Source: Lama guanicoe (taxonomy: Eukaryota). From it: a stretch of DNA of 60,000 bases. Under the pieces are notes generated by a model, which was not told the DNA's origin, did not search any database, and saw only the letters and a program-made list of their open reading frames with translations. The position numbers were made by a program, and so were the translations under genes. How positions within the stretch are numbered: position 1 is the stretch's first letter; the number at the start of each line of letters is the position of its first letter. The DNA lies in NCBI GenBank assembly GCA_013239625.1, contig MU054187.1:684001-744000 (forward strand). The letters are read 5' to 3'. This document shows, piece after piece, positions 49,742 through 60,000 of the stretch.

Positions 49742-51294
49742 AGACACGCAGGCCTTCCCCCTGACTCAGTACAGATGCTGCCTTGGCCGTAAGGCCCAGT
49801 GGGGCCAAAGGGCATTCTGTTCTTCCAGGTTATTGATCTATTTTCAAAGCAAAGGGCTTGGGTGACTAGGACAGTACTCACTTTAAATGACCCGTTTGGG
49901 ACTTCTTTGTGTGATTTTCCAAAATACCAGAGGGAAGCACTGAGAACATTCCAGAGAACACGAGCAGAAGAGTGATGTGCGGGCCGGCCTGGGAAGGGCC
50001 GGGATAAACCCCGCACGTCAGGTGCAGTGGGTGCTGGGCTGGGGCCGGGAGTGGGACAGAATCAGCCCGGGTTGGGCTGGAGCGGGTGAGCAGCCCCAGC
50101 CCGGCTCCCACGTCCCACCTGGGCCGGCCGGGCTGCCCCTGGCTGGGGGGTTCACTCTGGGGAGGTGGGCACCCCTGGCCAGAGTGGGCCCATCTGACTG
50201 GCGCTGGTTGGGATGGGCTGGGGCGGGACTTTGGGGCAGCACAGCCCTGAGGGTGCTGCCCGAGTCCCCTTGGAGCCGCTCCAGGGCCTGGCTCACGCCT
50301 GAAAGTCGGGGCTGAGTCGGTCTGAACGCAGACCCCAGCATTTGGACAGGCTTGTAATTTGCAGTGTGCAGGTTCCATCTCTGCAAGGAGTTTGGGGCAG
50401 AAGAAGGCTGGTGTTTTGGGAGAGAGGCACCTTCCAGAGGCAGAACCGCCCAGAGGCGTCGGGGTCCTCTGCGCCCTGGGGCTGTACCTGGTTGCTGTAG
50501 GGTCACTGAACAGCCTACCAGGAGGGGAGAGGAAGACAGGGGAGGACCCTCGGAAAGCTGTCCTGGGGTCAGGAGGAGGAGGGGCTGTGGGAAGGGGTGG
50601 GATGGGGGAGTCGAGCATCTTCCAAAGACCTGTGTTCTGTCCTCCACGCACTGTGTTGGACCCCACAGAGCCCTTGTGTCTGTGTTCGCCAGCCTGGACG
50701 CCGCGGACACAGTGGGGAGAGCGGGGCCCGCTGCCAGGCCTCAGTGAGGAAGGGCTGTCTGACGGGCGCTGCAGGCAGGAGGTCAGTTTCCAAGGAAGAA
50801 AGGGACGTGGGTGGCGGCAGAGTCTGGGGTCTAGGATGCCAGGAATGGCAGTGACACGGGGACGCCAGGGGGAGTTCAGGACAGCCCGGCGGGCGGAGCC
50901 CAGGGGGAGGAGGGCTGCGTGTGGGCAGGCCGGGAGCCTCTCCTGGGACTGTCCTGGGCCCTGCCTTCGACTCAAGCTTGCGTGTTAAGGAAAATGCAGG
51001 CGGTGTCCTCCACGGCAGCGGCCCCAGGCCACTGTCCTCTCCACCCTTTCCAAGCCTGCCCGCATCTGGTCTGTATTTGCCCCTTGGACCCACAGTGCTG
51101 GTGAGCTAGTTCAGTGTGGCGGAGGCGCTTCCATCCGTTTTCTTTTCTTTCCGTGCGTGAGAAGGAGTCTACGTCTGGGAGGGAGGAGTGCTTGATCCCA
51201 GGCAGCTTTGCATGGCTTTCTCCAGCTAATTACAGTCGGCTTTGAGGAATATTGAAGAAGGACGGAGAAAGGCAGAAGAGCAAATGAAGCCTTA

Positions 51295-51945
51295 TTTTTT
51301 TAATTGAGCTATGGCTGGTTTACAGCACTGTGCTGCTTTCTGGTGCACACAGCACAGTGGTTCAGTTGTGCATGTAGTCTTTTCCATCACAGGCTGTTAC
51401 AAGGTATTGAATACAGTTCCCTGTGCTCTGCAGTAGGACCTTGCTGTTTATCTATTTTCTCTACAGTAGTTTGTATCTGCTAATCCCAAACTCCTAATTT
51501 ATCCCTCCCCACCTCCTTTCCCCACTGATAACCATCAGTTTGTTTTTTATGTCTGTGAATCTGTTTCTGTTTCATAAATAAGTTCATTTGTGTGATTTGT
51601 TTAGATTCCACACAGGTGATATCATCATATGAGATGTGTTTTTCTCTGTCTGACTTACTTCACTTAGTATGACAATCTCCAGGTCCATCCATGCTGCTGC
51701 AAATGGCGGTATGGTTTCATTTTTTATGGCTGAGTAGTATTCCATTTATATAAATATACCACAGCTTTATCCAGTCATCCTTCAATGAGCATTTAGGTTG
51801 TTTCCATGTCTTGGCTGTTGTAAATAGTGCTGCTGTGAACACTGGGGTGCATGTGTCTTTTCAAATTAGAGCTTCCTCTGGATATGTGCCCAGGAGTGGG
51901 ATTGCTGGATCACAGGCTAAGTCTATTTTCAGTTTTTTAAGGAAT
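51295..51945 (-). mobile_element. Artiodactyl/camelid L1 3' end
   Basis: Same family as 4345-5025 ('ttgtatctgctaatcccaaactcctaatttatccctccc'). Confidence 0.9.
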
Positions 51946-53139
51946 CTCTGTGATGCAGATGCCAAGGTCACTTCTGTCCCTGAAGCCACAGAAGGTGTCA
52001 CAAACCAGCTTCTTTCCCCGGTGCTCCTGTGGGTTCATTCAGAGGGTCTAACAGATTCAAGGGTCTGTTGGCAGTTTCTAGATGGATCAGTTGGATCAGT
52101 TTTATGATATCATTCTTTTAAAGGAATCAGGTCAAATTTCTTTCTGTGCCACAGAGTCTAAATAGGAATAACTTATTCCCGGATACTTGCAAAGTGCCCC
52201 AGGCAGCCTTTATTTTTGCATCTCAGAACTGGCATTTTTATCTTGGAGAGTTCCATGTTGAGAGAGGAAAAAAGAGGAAAGTCCAGGTGGCTGATCTTTG
52301 TGCAAGAGTTTAGAGCCCATGCTGGAAGGAGAGACACGTGTTTTATATATATATTCAGGGGTCCATGCCTTTTTCCTCCTGGACTTTCCACATAGATGAT
52401 CACGTCACTGTGAACAAGGCGGGTTTATTTCTTGCTCCCCAGGCTGTATTTATTCCCCCACCCCTTAAGGACAGGATGGCTGGAGCTGGCTGGTTGTGGG
52501 CACTGCCCTCCCCCGGGTCGGTTAGTCTCCGGTAAAACCTTGGCTGGTTAGGCTCTGGTCACCCAGTTTTCCCCGAGAATGGGTCTTGTGAAGAACAGAG
52601 TGTTCTGGTGTTTTTCAACATGTTTTCCCTCTCCTGGCCGAGGGCCGAGGGGATCTTCTCCGACTTGTGCTGTGGGAACCCGGTCCGGCTGCTGGAGGCA
52701 AGTCCCCAGGAGGGCGAACTCCCAGGCCCGCCTGCACGGAGCCCCCAGCTCCCCTCCAGTCACAGCCGTGCCCACTCGGGCTCCCACAGCGGTGCCTGCC
52801 CCTGGGGCTCTGCTCCGGGGAGGGGCCCCCACGCCTGCCTGGCCCTTGGGCCCTGTGCCCTCTGCTCCCCGAGGCCCCGAGAACAGGGGTTATTTTTCAG
52901 TCTGTTCAGGTTTCCTCTTGCGACGATGCAGTGGTGATTCCAAGGTCCTCCCGTGGGAACCAGCAGCTGGAGGCCCCAGGAGGGGTTTCACATGAATCCT
53001 GGCAGCTAACTTCCTGACCTTAGGAGGTGATCCCTCCTTTCCCAGAATTTCCAGATCCATGTCGGTTGTCGGACGGTGCTTTCCCCACGGAAGTGTGATA
53101 ACAAGCTCAGTGCACAGAGTGCTGAGCCCGCACAGTCCC

Positions 53140-53520
53140 TCCTTCCTTCCTTCGCTCACAGAACGTGGCGTCTAAGAGCAGGTGCTGTTCTTGACCCTGG
53201 GAGTCTGTGAGCAAGACGAACAGAACTATCTGCCTCGACGGAGGAGCCGTCCTGGTAGGTGAGACAGGCAGTAACCGTCACGGGTAAGAACGTGCAAAGC
53301 ACGTGACACGTGCCATGAAGAAAACTGAGACAGAGGGAGGAAGACGCGGTGGAGGCGGGGTGCTGTTCAGACAGGCTGGCCAGGAAGACTGACTGAGTGA
53401 AGACCTAGGGGAAGTTTGACGGTCACACAACCACGTGAGCATTTGGGGGCGGGTGTCACGTGCAAAGGCCCCGAGGCAGGAGCGTGCCTGGTGGTGGAGG
53501 TACAGGAGGCGGCTGTGGTA
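53140..53520 (-). mobile_element. L2 fragment
   Basis: 'gtgccatgaagaaaactgag', 'gtgcaaaggccccgaggcaggagcgtgcctgg' are typical reverse L2 motifs. Confidence 0.65.
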
Positions 53521-53534
53521 TTAAAGTCTGTCAT

Positions 53535-53755
53535 ATTTTAGAACTTTTATTTTGGATCATTTTAGATTTACAGAGGAGTTCCAAAGGAAAGTACAGGGCG
53601 TTCCTATGAACCCTTCACCCCGCTTCCCCTAATGTTAACGTATTCCATGAGCATGCTGCATTTCTCAAAATGACAAAATCAGCATTGGTCCCATAGGGTT
53701 AAGTAAACCATAGACTTCACCTGGATTTCACTACTTATTCTATGAACATCTCATT
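53535..53755 (-). mobile_element. L1MC/MB 3' terminal fragment
   Basis: 'tttagatttacagaggagttccaaaggaaagtacag..cccttcaccccgcttcccctaatgttaac'. Confidence 0.75.
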
Positions 53756-56019
53756 TTGGCTCTGGCCTCAATGGGAAAACCACACAGAGTTTCTCAAGCC
53801 CCTCCTGAGAGCACTGAAGGGGTGGGTGTGAACGGAGGGAGGCAGTTTATGGCTCAAGAACTCGTAGCAAGACAGACGACGTTGGTTGGACCAAAGCGGA
53901 GGCTGTAGGAAGTAGACAGACCCCAGATGATGCTGACCATAAAGGCACGGTTTCCATGCTGTCAGAGGGAGGGGAGTCAGACGGTGCTGCTGGGTCCTGA
54001 GTCCGGAGGATGGAGGGGTGGGTCTAAAGGCCCTGCAGGTTGGGATGGACCACCACATATGGACCAGAACTTTGGGAGAAATCTGCCCTTAAACAGGCAC
54101 TCAGTTCACGCAGACCCTTGGATAGCAGGTCCCCTCCTTGGATTTGCGTATGGCATCATTTTAGATGACTTGACCAGCAGGTGCCAGGGCGCCCACCTCA
54201 CACTGGCTTCCCGGAAGCCCTCCCTGCCTGGCCCAGCGAAGCCCAGGACAGAGCCGTCACCGAGCCTCGTCTTGTGTTCCCCTCGCTGCACCTGCCCCGG
54301 GACCGAGCTCAGCTGGCTGGTTCTGTCTGCGTCCTGGGACGGCTCCTGGAGGCAGGGAGGCTGCAGCCTTCTTCTTCCCTTTAGAGCAGGGATGGGGAGG
54401 GGCCATCGTGATCACCGGAGCAAGGACATCTCTGAAGAGACTTTTATTTAATAGCTGTAATTACAATTTAAAATGCAGTAACACTGGGGTAGTTTTCTGA
54501 GAGACTCCGTTAAACGTATGCTAACTTAGTTGTGTAATACGTCAGATTCTGAGTGCAGATCTGTAGTGGAGTCCCAGAGCCCCCGTGTGAGGAACGCTGG
54601 GGGGCAGATGCAGGGAAGGATGGCACGACTTCTGCCACTGAAGTGGGGAGCTGGGCCCCAGCGGGCTCAGGACTGAAGGGGGGCCGCAGCAGGAGCACTG
54701 GGCCAGCAGCTGTTGGCCCCCTCCCTCCTCCCCAGCGCGCGGTCCTCCCTGGGCCCGGGAGACACGGTGTCAGAACTGCTGGAAACGAACGCTTGGCCCT
54801 CTGTCTGAAGGGGCAGTCTGCAGGAATGCTGCCGGTTTCAGCGGCGGAGACCTGAGCCGTCATCATCGCCTTTTCGTGGCGTGCGTCGGCGACAAGCCGG
54901 CCACGGGGACGGCGCAGTGAACAAGCGACTGAGGGGGCGGTGAGCCGTCGTGCCCAGACTGAGGAGCTGCTTCCAGAGCCCGCGGTTCCCTTGTGTGCGA
55001 GCCCTGCAGACTCGTGCAAATTCTGACTGATCGGATCTGCTGAATGAGACACCTTCCAACCGGTGTGAACCAAACACGTTCTAAACAGAAAGTCTGGGGG
55101 GGTTTTGAGATTATCTTTGTGAACAATGACTGGTGAGAGGAGGAGGAAGATGGTGGTGGGAGGGAAATACCCTCATTTGCCTGTGATTTCTTTCTTTCTT
55201 TTTTTGATTTGGCTTAAAATACTTCCTCAATATTATCTGGAAGATGTTATAAAAATCTACTTTTGGCTAAATTTAGGTTTATTCATGTGTCTTTCCCAGT
55301 TTTCATGAGAACCTGAGGGAAACGCTTCTGAGGAAGGAGGCGCAGGAATCACGTTCGCCTTCCCCACGTGGTCTGTTCCCCACCGACGTTTACTAACCGC
55401 TTGACAGAAGGTGGGGGTTTCTGAGCAAGAGCGTCAAAACCCCCTCCGGTCGAAGGCGGCCTTCGCGGTCTCCCTCCTGACCAGGCTCCTCTTCTGGTCC
55501 CGAGAACATCACCGTGTCTGACTCAGGACCCTGGACGATGTTCTCAAGGCCTGAGAACTCCTGCCCCTGGAGTTTCTCTGGACAGCAGTCCGCAGCCTCT
55601 CCCCTAGTAACTCGGGCAAAGTGGAAGTAAATAGAGACCAGATGCTGCCGGAGCCCGGAACCCTCGCCAGTTCTGATGCAGTGGAGTGAGACAGCTGGAA
55701 CGGTCCCTCCAGCGGAGCTTTAATCCCTGTTGCCCAGGGTCACCCGCCAGGAGGCAGCTGCCTCCTCCAGGACTCCGCCCGCTCCCCCAGCTGCGGTCCC
55801 TCCCACTCGGGAACAGCCCCTCACAGGGCTTCACACGTGTTGTCTATAAATCTCGTTTCCTTAGTTACACGTTAGTTAGCGAAAGCGAACATGTTTTTGC
55901 TTTGATTGGAGTTTTATAGAGATAGTCACCGACTCAGATCTGGCTGCGAGAAACGGTCCAGAGAGATCCTCTCTGCCCTCGTCTGCGCCCCCACCCCCCG
56001 ATGTGGACATTTTGGAAAC

Positions 56020-58360
56020 CTGCAGTCTCCTCACAACCGGGACAGTGACACTGAAACGGTCACCGGTCTGACGCAGACCCCCGGCTTCGCCCGGCGCCCT
56101 TGTGTGTGTCCTGGGACCTGGGCAGTCTCGTCTCCGGTCCGGTTTCCCACCCCCACCCCTACTGAGGTCGCAGAGCCGCACGCCCCGTCTTGCAGAGCCC
56201 GTGTGACACCCATCTCCTCTGCACCCCCACCTCTGGGCCCCAACCCTGGAGACCGTTCGCAGACTTTCTGAGTGTCATGAAGACGGATGTGTAAACGGGT
56301 TGTCAGGGGGGTGAATGCCTGGTTTTGTAAGAAACTGACGGACCATTCTCAGGGGGCCGCACCGTCTCACATTCCACTAACAGTGTGACGGAAGCGCCTT
56401 TAAGGAACTTGGTGCAATCATCTTTTCCACCTTGGCCCCTCTGGCAGGTGCATCTCATCGAGGATGGAATTTGCATTTCCCTGAAGGCTGGGATGTGCTT
56501 ACTAACCGTCTGTAGACGTTGTCAGTGAGATGTCTGTTTGTATCTTTTACCCACACAGTTTAAATCGTTTGCTTTTATTGTTGCGTTCTGACAGTTTTTA
56601 AAAAAAATATATTCTGGGGGTAAGGCATAGCTCAGTGGTAGAGCACATGCTTAGCATGTGCACGGTCCTGGGCTCAATCCCCAGGACCACTGCTTAAAAA
56701 TTCTGGGTACAGTCCTGTGTCAGCTGTGTGTAAACATTTCTTCCCAGCCTTTACATTATTATTTTATTCTCTTCATGCGGGTTTTCATAAAAAGCCTGTA
56801 ATTTCAATGTGGCTGAGTTACCAGTTTTTTTCCTTGATAGATGGTGCTTTTGTGTCAGTCTAATCCTTTCCTGACTAGCCCAAGTCCCAAAATTTCTCTG
56901 TCTTTTCCTAAAGGTTTTATATGTTTGCCTTTAACATTTAATCTCATGATCCATTTGGAGCTCATTTTTGTGTGAGGGGTCAGCCTCAGGTCAAGTTTGG
57001 TCATTTCTGCACATGGGTGTCCAGTGACTCCAGCACCATTTGTTGAAAAAATTGTCTGCCATTGAGATGTTTTTGTGCTTTTGTCAAAAATAAATCCTGC
57101 ACATCTGTGTGGGTGCACGTCTCGGTTCCCGCTTCAGTTCCCCTGGTCTCTGTGTCCATCCCACTGGCGCCGTGCGGTCCTGGTTACTGCAGCGGTGGAG
57201 GGAGGCTTGACGTGGGTAAAGTGGCTCCGCCCACTCTGCTCCTCAGGGTCAGGGTGGCGTCTCCTGATCCATAGCCTTATTCGCTTGTCTGTGTCTGCAG
57301 AAATCCTTGCTGGGATCTTGGTAGGAATTACTTGGACCTACATTTAACCCATACATATGAGTGTGTGTTTATATTTATGTAATAGTTACATAATCTATTA
57401 ACATATAAATAATATGAATTTGCACATAACACTCCTATCTATTTGTTTTTATGTATGTTTAGGGGCCATTGACACCTTTGCCATGGTGTGTCTTCCTATC
57501 CATGAACATGGTATGTCTCACCGCTTGTTTAGATGTTCCTTCATTTCCTTCATCAGCACTTTGCAATTTTCAGTATATGGGCCCTGCACACATTCTGTCA
57601 AGTGTGTGCCTGAGTGGTTTGTTTTCTTTTGGGCAATTGTAAATACCATTGTGTTCTTAACTTGGGCTTCCACACATTCATCTTTATCACACGTGGAAAG
57701 AGAGGTGATCGACTTCTGTGTGTTGCTCTTATATTCTGTGATCCTCTCGAGCTCGCTTCTTTGTTATGGGTTGCTGTTGTTTTCTTGGTAAACTCTCTGG
57801 GATTCCTTGCGTGGACAACCGTGTCGTCTCCAGATAGGCACGGGGTTGTTCCTTCTTTCTCACTCTGTCTGACTTTCACTTCTTTTACTTCCCTGATGTC
57901 CCTTAACATCCTTCTCAGCCTCTAGTAATTCTCTTTGCTTTGAAGTCAATTTTATCTGTTAATAGTGTAGTAACTCCTGCTTTTTTTTTTAAAAACAATG
58001 TTTCTGTGGCATATCTTTCCCCATTCTTTTGCTTTTAACCTACGTGTGTTGTTGAATGAGGGAATTTTCTAAGCAGCCTTAGCTGGGACTTGTGTTTTTA
58101 TCTGCTCTGATAACCTGTCTGTTCAGTGGGGTAGCAGATCGTTCACACCGAGGTACTTACTGGCGTGACAGCACGTGCATCTGCCATTCTGCTTTTTTCT
58201 CATCGTTTCTCTTGGTCCGTCTTCCTCTGCTTAGTTTTGCTTGTCTTCCTGTGGAATGCGTGTTGTTTTTTAGGATTCTGCTGATTTGTTTATAGTGTTT
58301 TGGATGGTTTCTCTTTGCATTGCTTTAACATTCCTTGCCCTGGTTGTCACACTCATGTGC
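56020..58360 (-). mobile_element. L1MC-type fragmented element
   Basis: L1MC 3' UTR-like start followed by reverse ORF2 motifs ('tgatccatttggagctcatttttgtgtgagg', 'ctccagcaccatttgttgaaaa', 'tttgctttgaagtcaattttatctg'). Confidence 0.8.
56616..56700 (+). mobile_element. Short Vic-1-type SINE inserted in L1
   Basis: GGGGGTAAGGCATAGCTCAGTGGTAGAGCACATGCTTAGCATGTGCACGGTCCTGGGCTCAATCCCCAG; 'attctggg' is duplicated on both sides. Confidence 0.88.
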
Positions 58361-58769
58361 CTTGGAACAGTTTCCTGGGATCAGCATCTTACTACTTTAT
58401 GTGAAGTGCAGAAAACTCAGCTCTGCGTCCTCTGTAAGCTCCCCCACGTGTCTCCTTCCTTTCCTGTCTCATCCAGTCCTCACCCAGCTTTAGTCCACTC
58501 CGCCCGGGACCACAGCAGCACAACTGAGCTTCCTTCCAGCAGATTTTAGCCCCTCCGTCTGTCCTCCTCACCAGTCCTCGCTGATCCTGGACCTCCCCAA
58601 GCTTTCTCCCGAGAACACCTCCAGGCCAACAGCCCTGGGATGGCCTCTGTCCCACTGGCTCGTGCACCTGGCTGCCTGGAGCCCCCCTGCCCCTCTGCCT
58701 GTTCATTCTGTTTCCTCTACTGGTCTGTTCACTCTTCACCTTTTCTCCTTGATCGCAGTCACCCTCACA

Positions 58770-59100
58770 AACTGAGTTGGGCGTGCCCTCTCCGGAGGAG
58801 CCTCTCCTGACCCCTCAGGCTGTGAGGTGCCCTTTGTCACCTTCCTGTTGCAGTGCCCATCGCTGTTTCTGGGCTCGGTTGATGCGGGCATCCCCCACTG
58901 GCTGGCATCACATCTGTCAGCTCTGTCGTCCGTGCCTCCCCTACACCCGCTTATAATTAATTTCCTGTTTACTCGCTGATTTCCTCAGTTAGATTATAAA
59001 CTTTCTGAAGGCAGAAATTATGATTTATTTGTTCCTGTATCCCGAGAATCCTTTACATAGGAGACATTTAATTTTTGTTGAATGGCTGACTGAATCAATA
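58770..59100 (+). mobile_element. L2 3' end
   Basis: 'ttagattataaactttctgaaggcag..tttgttgaatggctgactgaat' is an L2 terminus. Confidence 0.7.
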
Positions 59101-60000
59101 TAACCTCTCATTCAGTTTTTTTCTTCCTTTTAAAATATTGATTGTCTTTTTCTGATTTTTTCTTTTGTTTTTGAATTCGGAAGTAATCAACTTTTATATC
59201 CTTGTTACTGGATAAAGAATTCGAGGCGAGAAAGAGAGAGACTTTTCTTTGCAAAACATTTTTCCTATAGGAACTTGATTCAGGGAATATATTCCCTGAA
59301 AATTTACTTCCATTAACATGCAGCGGACAGAGGACGTTTCTTGGGGAGAGTGGCCCAGGTGGGGTGGAGTCTGTGAAAAGTCATGCCAGTGCGTCCCCGT
59401 CGGCTACTGGGTGTCTGTTTACTCAGAAGTACTCACTGAGCACCTTGGCAAAGCGAAGGTTAGAAAGAAAAGGGACACATACACAGTCTACTAATGACAT
59501 TTTTAATGACTAAGTTGACTTTGAGTTTTACAGTCGTTTTCTTCAAATATACACAAAGTCAGGTTAACTTCTCACCACTTCACATAAATTGTGCCCAGAG
59601 GTCGAATAGACTTGATCTTACTCAGACACAGCTAGGAGAAGCAATAAAGGAAAAAAAGTGTCTTTCACGCAATAGTAAGTTTAAATGACAAACTTGAGCT
59701 GCTTTTTCCCCTCAGGTCAGTCAAGGAACAATGATTTAAATTTCCTCTATCATGTCACTTAGCTGTGGATATTCTGGAAACCACTGCAGCGCATTATTTA
59801 GGGCAGGTGGTTTGTGTTAATTCGGGGAAGAGCTCAGCTGCAAACTTTGGGGAGGTTGGTGGCCAGGAACTTTGAGGTCCAGCCTGTCTCCTCTAGAAGG
59901 TCCCACCACCGCTCGAGGTGTCTGGGCTCCTCCCACGTCCTGCCACCGCAGGCAGCGAGGCTCCCGGGGAAGCAGGGTGGGGGGGCCCAGGTCGGGCAGA

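Noticed and set aside
49878..50975. 365-aa minus-strand ORF and overlapping 200+ aa ORFs
   Set aside because: Pro/Gly/Arg/Ala-rich, open in several frames on both strands, no recognisable domain; expected in GC-rich DNA that is poor in stop codons.

Overview
Mammalian genomic DNA, almost certainly camelid, judged from four tRNA-Ala-derived Vic-1-type SINEs. The only protein-coding sequence I can support is coding exon 1 of calaxin (CLXN/EFCAB1; minus strand, 2880-2937, MNRKKLQKLTDSLTKTSKH). It lies in a CpG island whose promoter carries three tandem 71-bp modules, each an RFX X-box plus a CCAAT box. The remaining ~57 kb is non-coding upstream DNA (by human synteny, the gene desert towards SNAI2) made of old L1, L2, MIR and MLT1 remnants, Vic-1 SINEs, minisatellites and one N gap. 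The most unusual structure is a pair of ancient head-to-head L1MC copies. Their 783-bp ORF2 cores (14349-15131 and 22058-22840) form an almost perfect, strongly GC-shifted inverted repeat around a 6.9-kb spacer that contains an orphan CpG island. A 2.2-kb inversion (22841-25084) split off part of the formerly homogenised tract, and that piece has since diverged. The long ORFs in the track appear to be GC-content artefacts.
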